DNA from: an uncultured Verrucomicrobiae bacterium
Lineage (GTDB): Bacteria; Chlamydiota; Chlamydiia; Chlamydiales; Rhabdochlamydiaceae
Assembly: GCA_963806855.1 (NCBI GenBank)
Contig: CAWDYW010000001.1
Coordinates: 736,001-800,000, forward strand
Length of the DNA stretch: 64,000 nucleotides
Reading direction: 5' to 3'
Part shown: positions 48,961 to 59,403 of the stretch, one piece after another
Layout of the letters: each line of letters starts with the position of its first letter
How positions within the stretch are numbered: position 1 is the stretch's first letter
Made by a program: the position numbers and the translations under genes
Notes under the pieces: generated by a model
What the model was told of the DNA's origin: nothing
Databases searched by the model: none
What the model saw: the letters and a program-made list of their open reading frames with translations, nothing else

Positions 48961-49298
48961 GTTTGCTCCATTGGCATTTCCATCGGCATCACATTATAGT
49001 TGAGATTGTGCATAATCCAAAGTGATCCGCCGATGATGATGATGATCACAAGAACTACAAAAAGGAAAGTGATGAGATTCCAGCGCGGCTTGTCTTCAAG
49101 ACCGAGATGGAAAAAGAAGATCAGTTGGAGCACCACTTGTACAAAGGCTATTGAAACGATCGTGATATTCAAAAGCGTGTTGGAAAGGTGATGATAGACA
49201 TCTACGCGAAAGGCAGACACAAGGAGAAGCAAAGAGAGGACGAATCCTAGAAAAAGAGGATTTAAACTCCTATTCCATCCATGATGACGATCGATCAT
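48957..49298 (-). CDS. cyoD: Cytochrome bo3 ubiquinol oxidase subunit IV
   Basis: 'QLIFFFHL', 'GSLWIMHNLNYN' and operon position. Confidence 0.93.
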   Translation of the reverse strand: MIDRHHGWNRSLNPLFLGFVLSLLLLVSAFRVDVYHHLSNTLLNITIVSIAFVQVVLQLIFFFHLGLEDKPRWNLITFLFVVLVIIIIIGGSLWIMHNLNYNVMPMEMPMEQT

Positions 49299-49906
49299 TT
49301 ATTGACTCCGATTAAATAGACGATTGTGAAAATAAAGATCCAGATGATGTTCAAAAACTGCCAGAACATCTTTAGGCAGATGATCCGTCTCAAATTCACC
49401 AGATTAAAGCCTCTTTTCCAAATAGGTAGCAGCAAAACCGGAATCCAGAGCAGGCCAAAGAGAATATGAACCGCATGCGTGCCGACGAGGGAGAAATAGG
49501 CCGATAAAAAAGCGCTATTTTTCCAGCTATGACCTTGAGAAAGGAGCTGGTGGAATTCAGCGAGCTCCATCCAGAAAAAGGCAGCGCCGACGAGGAAGGT
49601 GATCAATAAAAAGAGGGTGGTCATCTTTTTATTTTCTCGGTGGCAATAAGCGCCAGCAATCCCAATCGTAAAGCTGGCAAGGAGCATGAGAAAGCTCTCA
49701 AAAAAGGCATACTTACGACTGAACAGGTCTTGTGCAGAGGGCCCTCCGAATGTACTATTCATTAGGACCGCGTAAACGGCGAACAGCGTGCCAAATAAAA
49801 TAAAATCGGTCAGAAGATAGAGCCAAAACCCAAAGATTGTCCTGGAATAGGGGTCGTGGTGGGTATCTGGGAAGTGTTCGTGGGTATGCTCTTTAGGGTG
49901 TGTCAT
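49295..49906 (-). CDS. cyoC: Cytochrome bo3 ubiquinol oxidase subunit III
   Basis: 'FGFWLYLLTD' and 'SAFLSAYFSLVGTHAVH'. Confidence 0.95.
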   Translation of the reverse strand: MTHPKEHTHEHFPDTHHDPYSRTIFGFWLYLLTDFILFGTLFAVYAVLMNSTFGGPSAQDLFSRKYAFFESFLMLLASFTIGIAGAYCHRENKKMTTLFLLITFLVGAAFFWMELAEFHQLLSQGHSWKNSAFLSAYFSLVGTHAVHILFGLLWIPVLLLPIWKRGFNLVNLRRIICLKMFWQFLNIIWIFIFTIVYLIGVNK

Positions 49907-51859
49907 GAGCTATCCCCCTTTCCATTTTTTCCACTTCTGCTGCGGTGAGCGTGTACTCAGGCTCTTTTACGTAGAGATGCGCGATGACACAGGCGATGAT
50001 TCCCAAAAGACTCAAAGCCGAGAGCCAGAACATATACCAGATCATCCCAAAGGCCATGAGGAAGCTCAAGACCCCAATGTAGAAGCCGATCGGGGTATTT
50101 TTGGGCATATGGAAATCGTGATATTTATGCTCAAGAGGGAGCTCCCCCCTTGCTTTTGCTACCCAGAAAGCATCTTTTGAATGGACCTCAGGTTCAATGG
50201 CAAAATTGTAGAAGGGGGGAGGCGATTTAGTGGACCATTCGAGCGTTCTTCCGTTCCAAGGATCGCCGGTCGTGTCGAGATTCGCTTTTCGATTTTTGAT
50301 GCTCACAAACAGTTGGAGCATCTGAAAACCAACGCCAGTTAAAATGAGCATCGCCCCGATTCCTGCCACCTTGAAAAGAGGCTGCCACTCCATGACATCG
50401 AAATGATTGAGACGGCGGGTGGCACCCATAAAGCCGAGCAGGTAGAGCGGCATAAAGGCGACAAAAAAGCCGATCAGCCAACACCAAAAAGCATATTTGC
50501 CTAAGCGCTCATTGAGCTTAAACCCGAAGAATTTGGGGAACCAGTAGGTAAAGCCCGAGAAAAAGCCAAAGACCACTCCGCCGATGATCACATTGTGGAA
50601 GTGGGCGACTAAAAAGAGGCTATTGTGAATTTGGAAATCAGCGGCTGGAATTGACATGAGGACCCCTGTCATCCCTCCGAGCGTGAAGGTGACGATGAAT
50701 CCTAAAAACCAATACATCGGGGTTGTGAACTGCACCTTCCCTCTAAACATCGTGAAGAGCCAGTTGAAAATCTTGACCCCGGTGGGGATTGCGATAATCA
50801 TCGTCATGATCCCAAAAAAGGCATTGACATTGGCCCCGGCCCCCATCGTGAAGAAGTGGTGCAGCCACACAATAAACGAGAGGAAAGTGATGGCCATTAA
50901 GGCCCAAACCATCGAGCTTATAGCCAAACAGACGCTTGTGGGAAAAGACCGGAACCACTTCGGAGAAGATCCCAAAAGCGGGTAAAATCAAGAATATAGA
51001 CCTCGGGGTGGCCCCATGCCCAAAATAGATTGATATACATCATCGGATTGCCGCCGAATTCGGGTGTAAAGATGCGGGTATCGAGCAGACGGTCGGTTGT
51101 GAGCAGCGATAATGTTCCAGTCAAGATAGGGAAAGCAAAAACCACAAGTGCCATAGCTGCTAAAGTTGCCCAAACGAAAATCGGCATCTTCATTAGAGAC
51201 ATCCCTCGGCAACGCATCTTCAATATCGTCACAATGAAATTGATTCCCGACAGCAGCGAGCCTGCGCCCGAGACCTGAATACTCCAAATCCAATAATCTA
51301 CACCGACACCCGGATTGTACTTGCTACCAGCTAAAGGAGGATAGGCAGTCCATCCTGTCCCAGCATAATTGCCGATGATCAGGGAAACCATGATAAACAT
51401 CGCGCCGAAAGTAAAGAACCAAAAGCTGAGATTATTGAGGAAAGGGAAAGCGACATCACGCGCGCCGATCTGCATCGGCATCACCAGATTGATGATCCCA
51501 AACATCACCCCCATCCCGACAAAAAAAATCATCGTCACCCCATGAGCCGTGGCAAGCTGTTGAAAGTGGTCGGCCCCAAGGTATCCCATCGAGTCGCCAA
51601 AGGCTGCAGCTTGTTGGGCACGCATCATCAGGGCATCGAATAGCCCCTTCAGCAGCATCACAAAAGAGACCACCAGGTACATGATCCCGATTTTTTTATG
51701 ATCGACCGAAGTGATCCACTCCTTCCAAAGCCATCCCCATTTTTTGTAGCGAGTCAGCATGATAGCCAAGGCAATAGCTCCAAAGACCATCATCGCATCA
51801 GCGGAATACTCAACGAAATCGTGTTTAAAAGCGTCAAGCGTCAGTCTTCCAAACATCAT
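49893..51859 (-). CDS. cyoB: Cytochrome bo3 ubiquinol oxidase subunit I, with two +1 frameshifts near 50990 and 50918
   Basis: 'WGHPEVY', 'ILPAFG..SE', 'WLHHFF' and 'AHFHNV' are distributed over three frames. Confidence 0.92.
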
Positions 51860-52725
51860 TTACCCTTCTTTTTGGGAGGTTCATATTGCTGCATGATCTG
51901 CTCGAATAAATCCTTATCTCCCAAAGAATAGGTAGACACAGGAACATTCTCAGTAGGGGCAACTAGCTTCAGATAATCAGCAAATTTCAGAGTTTTCCCT
52001 GAGCGCTTTGCCTCATTTACCCACTGCTGAAAATCGGCATCCGAACTCGCCTTAGCAGTGAATGTCATCCCGGCAAACCCTGTGCCGCTGATATTCGATG
52101 AGAGCCCTCTATAAGAGCCCGCCTCATCGGCAATCAGATGCAATTTGGTCCGCATAGCGGGCATCGCATAAATTTGTCCTCCCAGCTGCGGAATCCAAAA
52201 CGAATTCATCGGGGCGTCAGCCGTAATCTCAAAGTTGACCGGCGTCTTTTCAGGAAATTGGACAAAATTGACCGTCGCGATTCCCTGCTCAGGATAGATG
52301 AAGAGCCATTTCCACTGCAGAGCGACAACCTGAATTTGAATTGCCTTTTTATCTGACTCAAGAGGTTTGAATGGGTTGAGTTCGTGACTTGATTTCCAGC
52401 AAATGACCGCCAGCACAGCGACAATGACCAGTGGAACGCCCCACCAACAATACTCGACAATGTAGTTGTGTTCCCATTCTGGATCATGCCTGGCATCGCG
52501 ACCTGCCCGATATTTCCATGCAAAGAACCAAGTCAAAATATAGACCGGAACCACCACAATCAACATCAACAGCGAAGCAGTGTTGATGAGATCGGCCTCT
52601 TTCATGCCGATCCACCCCTTCGGGTCCAATACGACGATATCGCTTGTCAGGATAAAGTAGGTACTAGCTGCGATTGCACCGAGACAAATGAGTACGATTA
52701 ATGCAACCTTGAACGATTTCTTCAT
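51856..52725 (-). CDS. cyoA: Cytochrome bo3 ubiquinol oxidase subunit II
   Basis: 'WKWLFIYP' and 'MNSFWIPQLGGQIYAM'; no CuA ligands. Confidence 0.95.
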   Translation of the reverse strand: MKKSFKVALIVLICLGAIAASTYFILTSDIVVLDPKGWIGMKEADLINTASLLMLIVVVPVYILTWFFAWKYRAGRDARHDPEWEHNYIVEYCWWGVPLVIVAVLAVICWKSSHELNPFKPLESDKKAIQIQVVALQWKWLFIYPEQGIATVNFVQFPEKTPVNFEITADAPMNSFWIPQLGGQIYAMPAMRTKLHLIADEAGSYRGLSSNISGTGFAGMTFTAKASSDADFQQWVNEAKRSGKTLKFADYLKLVAPTENVPVSTYSLGDKDLFEQIMQQYEPPKKKGK

Positions 52726-52763
52726 CCCACCCTTTTACAAAAAACAGGATGTTTTGTCTACAA

Positions 52764-53351
52764 TTAATGATTAGAGAGCTTCAACCCTTCCATGAGAGAA
52801 CTTTTATATTCCTCCATAGAAGATAACCCCATCGACATTCTTCTCTGATCTAACGCCTCAGGATCCTCCACCGGATGGAGAACCAGTTTGCCATTTTCGG
52901 TTTTCCATTGAGTCCCATAGAGCTGCAGCCCGCCCTGATTTTTTCTCACCCGATCGATTAAAAAGGCCAAATCCTCACGAGAGGCTTCCCCTTTTTGCAC
53001 CGCCTCATCTAGAAGCCGTAAACATTCCATTTGCAGCTCTAAATCCCGATCTTGATGCTGAACGAGAAGCCAGAAGGCATTTGATCCCTCTTTACCTACG
53101 AGCGAAATGCCCGGCCAACCATATTGCTGAATTGTTTCCCTAATCAGCCTATTATGACCTCGATCAATTTCCCCAATCGAGGCTTCGATTTCAGCAGGGA
53201 TCTGATTCTCAAGCGACCCATTTAAAGCCTCGATTATTTTGTAGCGAGCCAGCTGATCTTTTTCCTGCGCAGCAAAGATCTCCTTTTGTAGACATTCGTT
53301 GAAGTAATTAAATAAAAAAGTTGTCGATATTAGAATTAACGCATTAAACAT
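52764..53351 (-). CDS. DUF6624-like hypothetical protein
   Basis: 'DQ..R', 'YGWPGISLVG', 'WLLVQH', 'AFLIDRV...QLYGTQ' and 'RR.SMGL'. Confidence 0.8.
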   Translation of the reverse strand: MFNALILISTTFLFNYFNECLQKEIFAAQEKDQLARYKIIEALNGSLENQIPAEIEASIGEIDRGHNRLIRETIQQYGWPGISLVGKEGSNAFWLLVQHQDRDLELQMECLRLLDEAVQKGEASREDLAFLIDRVRKNQGGLQLYGTQWKTENGKLVLHPVEDPEALDQRRMSMGLSSMEEYKSSLMEGLKLSNH

Positions 53352-53448
53352 GATGATATAATAAGATATTGAGATACTATAATTAAATTATATTAATTAT
53401 TATAATTGACTTATAAGCATAAATTATATAAAATAAAATGCAGAATTA

Positions 53449-54303
53449 ATGATAAGGAGAATAATAGTGCCAGTTTCTAATGAAATGTATAAATTAGTCG
53501 TTAACAATTTTAATTGCCCAGATTTTCATACATGCGAGGTTGTAGAGAGTCTGGATGCATGTAAAAAATTGAAAGATACTGTCTGCCAAACCGTAAAAAC
53601 AAGTTTTGAGAATCTGGCTAGTGGTAAGAAGTTCCCAGGTCCAGATCAAATGATGTCTATAATCTATCATCAATCAGCTGAAGAGATGAGCAAATATCTG
53701 CATGCAAATGCTCCCACAATCGCGGCAGTTGGCCTTGGGGTAGGGATCACAGCATTAGGCATCTACGGTCTACATAAGATCATGACTGCAGGCTCTAAAT
53801 CATTACAAACCACCGATCGAGGCGCGCTATTGAAAGGGCTAAAGAAGGCAGAGGTTACTGTTGGCCATTGGAATGGAAGACATCTCAATATAGAAGGGCT
53901 TGGAGTCGCGACATTCAACCAAGTTTCTAGCTGTATCGAGCAGCTCTATTTGGAATCTGTGCAATTCATGCGCGACAGACAAGAGTCGTATGATAAGACA
54001 AAGAGACCAAAGCTTTCATTAGTAGTCTCGCTACTCAATGCTGTCGTTCATGCACTCACTCCTCCTCCCCAGGTAACGAAAAATGAGGAACAACAAGTTC
54101 GCGATGCAATGAAGTGGCAAAGCGAGACCAGCGTCGAGTTGAATCGCCTTTTTGAGACAAGCCAAAATCAACTGAATCAGACAGGAAAATTAAACAGGGT
54201 CTGGGATAGAGCATTAGATAAGATCAGTTCATGGAGAGCCCTTCCAAATAACGATACAGAGATTCTAGAGGCGATGGTAAAACAACGCCCCAGCTGGTGG
54301 TAG
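53449..54303 (+). CDS. Hypothetical protein with one TM segment
   Basis: 284 aa ORF; real start may be the GTG at 53467 after AAGGAG. Confidence 0.7.
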   Translation: MIRRIIVPVSNEMYKLVVNNFNCPDFHTCEVVESLDACKKLKDTVCQTVKTSFENLASGKKFPGPDQMMSIIYHQSAEEMSKYLHANAPTIAAVGLGVGITALGIYGLHKIMTAGSKSLQTTDRGALLKGLKKAEVTVGHWNGRHLNIEGLGVATFNQVSSCIEQLYLESVQFMRDRQESYDKTKRPKLSLVVSLLNAVVHALTPPPQVTKNEEQQVRDAMKWQSETSVELNRLFETSQNQLNQTGKLNRVWDRALDKISSWRALPNNDTEILEAMVKQRPSWW

Positions 54304-54451
54304 ATCTCTAAATCAATGATGGAGCCCTTTTCTTCATACGACCATTTCGACACATCGTATTTTAGTCGCACCAAATTACGACACATCGCTTTTTGGTCGG
54401 ATTTAAGTTCTTGGTTTAAAGTTAGTTAAAAAATGCAGCGCGCTTACTTTG

Positions 54452-54889
54452 CTAGTCGCCGAGCAATTGATCAGCCAATTCCTTGGCCAGCTTCCCGTCA
54501 ATGCTATTATTGAGCATCTTCAGGCTCTTCATCACCATGCCGATATCCTTCTTTGATTTGGCGCCAGACTCAGCAATCGCCTGCTGCACCAGCTTTTTGG
54601 TCTCCTCAGGGGAGAGGGCCTTGGGCAAGAACTCTTGAATGATGCTCAGCTCAGCTTTCAGCTCCTCGGCCGCTTCGCTTCGATTGGCAGCTTGGGCCTG
54701 CTCGAGCGCCTCTTGCAAGTTGCCATAGTAGGTTTTGAAGAGCTTGATCACTTCAGTGTCAGGAAGATTCGAGCGAGCATCGACAGCTAAAATTTTGGAC
54801 TTGAGCATCCGCAATACGTTGAGCCTAACCATATCGCGGCTCTTCATTGCTTCTTTGATCCCTTCATTGATTTTTTCTGGTAACGACAT
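54452..54889 (-). CDS. GatB/YqeY domain protein
   Basis: 'KEAMKSRD..RL..LRMLK', 'FLP..LS.EE' and 'GAKSKKDIGMVM'. Confidence 0.92.
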   Translation of the reverse strand: MSLPEKINEGIKEAMKSRDMVRLNVLRMLKSKILAVDARSNLPDTEVIKLFKTYYGNLQEALEQAQAANRSEAAEELKAELSIIQEFLPKALSPEETKKLVQQAIAESGAKSKKDIGMVMKSLKMLNNSIDGKLAKELADQLLGD

Positions 54890-54941
54890 TGCCTGCCTCG
54901 ATTTTTCTCCTAGCATCGCAGATTGGAGAGTTTTTTGCTAT

Positions 54942-56480
54942 CTAACGTCGTTTGCGGCCGTTCAATCCTAAAACACCCAAGAGACCTCTGGTCGCCTCGC
55001 GGACAAAGGTTCTTCCGACTTGTCTGGCAAATTTGCTTTCCACAACTTCTTCAAGGGTCGATTTTTTTGGCTTACCCTTACCCGCTTTTGGCTCTTCTTT
55101 TCCTTCCTGCTCCATTTTTTTAGCATGGAATTCCTTGATCTTAGCGGTCAATATCTCGTAGGCGCTCTCTGAGTCGATCACCTGATTGTATTTCTTGACC
55201 AGCGGTGAATCACTCGTCATCTCTTCGATTTCTGCGTTAGAAAGAACCCCAATCCACGAGGAAGGGGAGCAAAGAAGGGTCGCCACTAATGGAGTGGGCT
55301 TTCCGCTTTCGCTCAGTACAGTGACCAGCGCCTCTCCAATCCCTAAAGAGGTGAGCAGTTCTGCTGTATCATAGTAGTCGGAGATGGGGAAATTCTCCGC
55401 TGCGAGCTTAATCGATTTGCGATCTTTTGCAGTAAAGGCCCGTAGAGAGTGTTGGATTTTTAGGCCGAGCTGACTCAATATCGACGCCGGAATATCGATC
55501 GGGTTTTGTGTGCAGAAAATGATGCCGACTCCTTTAGAGCGGATCAGCTTAATAATCGATTCAATTTGATCTAAAAGTGCCTTAGAAGCCTCTTCGAAGA
55601 TCAGATGCGCCTCGTCAATAAAAATGACCAGTTTCGGCTTATCTAGATCTCCCTCCTCTGGAAAGGTGGAATAAATCTGCCCCAGCAAGGCGAGCATGAA
55701 TGTGGAAAAGAGCTTAGGTTTATCTTGAATGTCGACCAATCGCAAGATCGAGATGGTGCCAAGACCATTTTTCGTTCTTAAAAGATCATCCACTTCGAAT
55801 GATTTTTCTCCAAAGAACTCGTCTGCTCCTTGTTGCTCCAATTCAATCACTTTTCGTAAGATGATCCCTGTCGTGCTACTGGAAATTTTCCCATACTGCG
55901 CTTCGATCTCCTCTTTCCCTTCATCAGTGATGTATTGCATGGTTTTCTTGAGATCCTTCAAATCGAGAAGGGGAAGCTTGTTGTCGTCGCAGTATTTGAA
56001 GATGATGGCAATCACACCGGCCTGAGTGTCGTTAAGCCCAAGAATTTTGGAAAGAAGAATGGGCCCAAATTCAGAAACAGTGGCTCTTAGTCTCGTCCCT
56101 TTTTCTTTAGAGAGTGTAAGGAACTCCACAGGGTACCCTTTCGCTTTGAAGGGAACTCCAATATGACTTTGCCTCTCTTCGATTTTGGGCTGTTTTTTCC
56201 CAGCTTTGGCAATCCCACTGAGATCGCCCTTGATATCCATTAACAAGACAGGAATCCCCTGAGAGGATAATTCTCCGGCAAGCAGTTGCAGGGTCATCGT
56301 TTTCCCTGTCCCCGTAGCCCCGCAGATGAGTCCGTGCCGATTGAGAGTCTTTAGTGGGACACTTACCCTCGCTTCCTTAAAGCACTGCCCATCGAGCAGC
56401 CCTGCACCTAAAGTGATAGCATCTCCTTTTGTCTGGTATGCCTTCTTTATCGCGTCTGCGAATTTTTCACGTTTTGCCAT
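54942..56480 (-). CDS. HerA-like ATPase (DUF853/YjgR family)
   Basis: 'NRHGLICGATGTGKT', 'DIKGDLSG', 'IDEAHL' and 'RSKGVG...TQNP'. Confidence 0.93.
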   Translation of the reverse strand: MAKREKFADAIKKAYQTKGDAITLGAGLLDGQCFKEARVSVPLKTLNRHGLICGATGTGKTMTLQLLAGELSSQGIPVLLMDIKGDLSGIAKAGKKQPKIEERQSHIGVPFKAKGYPVEFLTLSKEKGTRLRATVSEFGPILLSKILGLNDTQAGVIAIIFKYCDDNKLPLLDLKDLKKTMQYITDEGKEEIEAQYGKISSSTTGIILRKVIELEQQGADEFFGEKSFEVDDLLRTKNGLGTISILRLVDIQDKPKLFSTFMLALLGQIYSTFPEEGDLDKPKLVIFIDEAHLIFEEASKALLDQIESIIKLIRSKGVGIIFCTQNPIDIPASILSQLGLKIQHSLRAFTAKDRKSIKLAAENFPISDYYDTAELLTSLGIGEALVTVLSESGKPTPLVATLLCSPSSWIGVLSNAEIEEMTSDSPLVKKYNQVIDSESAYEILTAKIKEFHAKKMEQEGKEEPKAGKGKPKKSTLEEVVESKFARQVGRTFVREATRGLLGVLGLNGRKRR

Positions 56481-56593
56481 TAAATCGCCCTATGGTTTTT
56501 CCTTATACATAAGGCGATGAACTCTTTTAGTCAAATGCCTTGAAAAAATTAACACACCCAAATATAACTAATTGCTTTTCATGGAGGTTTTAT

Positions 56594-56707
56594 ATGACAT
56601 TTTCATTAACTCATAGCAATAATCAAGACCTTCCCGCTCAAGTAAGAAATAATCCTATACTAGGAGCAACAATTCCATTTGCGACTAGGGCGATTGTTGA
56701 ACTCTGA
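56594..56707 (+). CDS. Small ORF (37 aa)
   Basis: TTGAAA-17-TATAAC promoter at 56540..56568, GGAGGT RBS and a downstream terminator. Confidence 0.45.
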   Translation: MTFSLTHSNNQDLPAQVRNNPILGATIPFATRAIVEL

Positions 56708-56781
56708 GCGTGGAGAGATCTGAAGTATTTTGACGGGTCTTTAAACATAGGACATCGAGTGAACAATCAAAGCCTAAGAAC

Positions 56782-56812
56782 AAAAAACTCCGCAAAATGC
56801 GGAGTTTTTTTT
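56782..56812. terminator. Bidirectional intrinsic terminator
   Basis: AAAAAACTCCGCA-aaa-TGCGGAGTTTTTTTT. Confidence 0.85.
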
Positions 56813-56817
56813 ATCAA

Positions 56818-57189
56818 TTATTTCGGAAAATTTCATCCTTCTTTGCCATGATGCGCGCGCTATCGTAAAATAGCTGAATCCTGACAATGAGACCATCGCG
56901 AAAATTTAGCATGGAAGCTCCGGGAAATCTTTTGCATCCACGGGATATCGACATCGTAAACGACTATTGCTTGATCTCCTTCACCAAATTTAGCGCGTAT
57001 CGTAAGCGACTTAAAGGAATTCATAAAGTGATAAGTCGCCTCGATGACGGCTTCTTTTCCCTTCAAATTGCCAGAGGGCCGAAAAATTCCACATGCGGAT
57101 GGAGGATACTTTTTGAATCCTCTTCTGATATTTTTTTCTCCTACTAGAGTGTAATACTTTGCAGCTCGTGCTGTATGATTTTTTTCCAT
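56818..57189 (-). pseudogene. SnoaL/NTF2-like protein with several frameshifts
   Basis: Fragments 'YYTLVGEKN', 'HPHVEFFGP', 'GKEAV', 'GDQAIVVYD' and 'FRDGLIVRIQLFYD' lie in different frames. Confidence 0.7.
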
Positions 57190-57291
57190 AACAAATTCCT
57201 TTATTTTGACATCTGCCATTGAATATAGTACCATATATCCAATATGAATTCAGTATAGCAGACTATATTGATTATAGCAAGGTATATCCAA

Positions 57292-57906
57292 ATGGAGAAA
57301 AACAAAAAAAGATCTTACATCTCTGAAACCGGGATACCCAGGCTGCACAGACGCGGTCCGCTATCTTGGAAGCTGCCAAGAAACTCTTTCAACCCGAGGG
57401 TTCGATCGTGTCACGATCAATATATTAGCGCAGCTGCGGAAGTTTCCATGCCAACGATTTATGCCCTATTTAAATCTAAAAGAGGGGTACTTCAATCTTT
57501 GATCGATGATGCCCTCCCTCCCGAACAAATGCTGGCTTGTTGACAACTCGATGCAGGAAAAGTCTCCCAAGACACGCCTCGGCATTACCGCCAAGATTGC
57601 ACGGCAAATCTATGATGCTGAAAGAGATCTGATGGACATTTTACGCGGCGCATCCGTCGTTGCACCTGAATTCAAAGAACTCGAAATGGAAAGGGAAAAA
57701 CGGCGCTATGAAAGGCAGGGAGAATATGTTAAAAAGTTGATGAACAAAAGTCTCTGGCTAGAGGATTAACTCTTAAAAAAGCACGCGATATCCTCTGGGC
57801 ACTGACTGGCCGCGACATGTACCGAATGCTTGTTTTAGAGAAAGAATGGACCCCCGATGAATACGAACAGTGGCTGCGCAGATTTTTAATTAAATCTCTT
57901 CTATAG
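57292..57906 (+). pseudogene. TetR/AcrR family regulator with several frameshifts
   Basis: 'ILEAAKKLF', 'AEVSMPTIYALFKSKRGVL' and 'WTPDEYEQWL' lie in different frames; divergent from the SnoaL-like gene. Confidence 0.8.
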
Positions 57907-57988
57907 TAAATTAATTATTTTATTTCCATGTTTTATTGATTTTAATTATATTTTTTAGTATAATTATTATAAATAATAATGGAGATCT

Positions 57989-58609
57989 ATGAGTTCTTTA
58001 CCTGTCAGCCGGCAATGTTGTTTCTCTTGGGATGCGAATATCACAAGACTCAAGCATTTTGTTGAAGGTACAGCCGTTTCCTCTCTCACCCTTGTTGGGA
58101 ATTTGGGGTTAAGTTATGCCGCAAACTATCTTAAGCTAATCCCTGATGATCCCTGCCTTTATTGGGATGCATTTTATAAGACTTTCCCGAAAGGCTCTAT
58201 CCCTCAGCATTTAGCTTGGAAAGTATTTTCCATTAATGCTGTGATCATTGGGGGCATCGGGGAAGAATTGGTCTTTCGTGGTGTTATTCAGGATTTGCTG
58301 CTTAAAAAACTGCTCGGTAAGGTGATAGAAAAGGTTTCTCCTGGCAATGCTGCTTGGACAAATGGCAAGACAGCGAAAATCTCGCGGATCGTCATTGCAT
58401 CCGTCCTATTTGGTGCACTTCATCTTGTGACACCGACTAAAGAAATCCCTTTAGCCATCGCACTTCAAGCTTTTAACGCTTTATTCCTAGGAGCTATTTT
58501 AGGGGCTGTAAAAGAATCGCGCTTAGGGCTAATTGGAAGTATTGGATGCCATATGATGCATAATGCGGCTTGTGCAACACAAATTTATGCTCAATGTGTC
58601 TCTGATTAA
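57989..58609 (+). CDS. CPBP family intramembrane metalloprotease
   Basis: 'EELVFRG', 'LFGALH' and 'HMMHN'. Confidence 0.88.
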   Translation: MSSLPVSRQCCFSWDANITRLKHFVEGTAVSSLTLVGNLGLSYAANYLKLIPDDPCLYWDAFYKTFPKGSIPQHLAWKVFSINAVIIGGIGEELVFRGVIQDLLLKKLLGKVIEKVSPGNAAWTNGKTAKISRIVIASVLFGALHLVTPTKEIPLAIALQAFNALFLGAILGAVKESRLGLIGSIGCHMMHNAACATQIYAQCVSD

Positions 58610-58707
58610 AAAAATTTATAATCCAGAAAAATAAGTAAAAACTACGGTTGGCTGTGCTGATTTGATCAGGTATAATGTCCTCCATTATATGCAACATGGA
58701 GGTCAAA

Positions 58708-59403
58708 ATGTTAGCAGTATTACCATCAAATAATCCCTTTATGCGTTCTTTTGAGAATGTCGAATCTCGAGTCATCTTAGATACAAAGGATCAGTTCATA
58801 TCCGAGATTGAGATTGCACCTGGAAAGTGCTTTGAGGCAAGCCAAGAACAGGGGCGAGAAGAAACCGTGACCGTGATCCAGGGAACGGGAGCGCTTGAAA
58901 TTGGAGATGAATCTCATGAAGTTTCTCCAACTTGTCTTCTAAAATTAGTCGCTAATAAAACGCATAAAATTTTCAACAGGTCTAAGGAGGCAATCAAGCT
59001 TTGCTATGCCAGTACCCCCTCAGATAATCCTAGTGAGGAGATCTATATTAGACGTAAAGAAGGGTGTTATGAAATTAAGACAGGTAATAGAGAGCGGATT
59101 TGCGAGCTTTTTGGCATTTATGGAAATGGGCCGGCGAAAAGTCATAGCGTTGCCCTAGTTGAGATTGACCAAGGAGGGGGCTCATCTCCACATGTTCATC
59201 CTGTAGTAGAGGAGAGCTATGTGATCATTGATGGATCTGCTAAACTGGTAGTCGGTGAAAAAACCTTGTTTCCGAAGGCGGGAGAAGCGGTAGCCATCCC
59301 AGTAGGGGTTCGTCATCAAATAACAAACATTGGAGATAGCGTGCTCAGATTTATCGCTGTGGTCACTCCGCCATGGACCCAAGAATGTGGAATCTATGAA
59401 TAA
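58708..59403 (+). CDS. Bicupin (cupin_2) protein
   Basis: Two cupin barrels; 'PHVHPVVEESY' and 'IPVGVRHQI'; start between 58675 and 58741. Confidence 0.85.
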   Translation: MLAVLPSNNPFMRSFENVESRVILDTKDQFISEIEIAPGKCFEASQEQGREETVTVIQGTGALEIGDESHEVSPTCLLKLVANKTHKIFNRSKEAIKLCYASTPSDNPSEEIYIRRKEGCYEIKTGNRERICELFGIYGNGPAKSHSVALVEIDQGGGSSPHVHPVVEESYVIIDGSAKLVVGEKTLFPKAGEAVAIPVGVRHQITNIGDSVLRFIAVVTPPWTQECGIYE

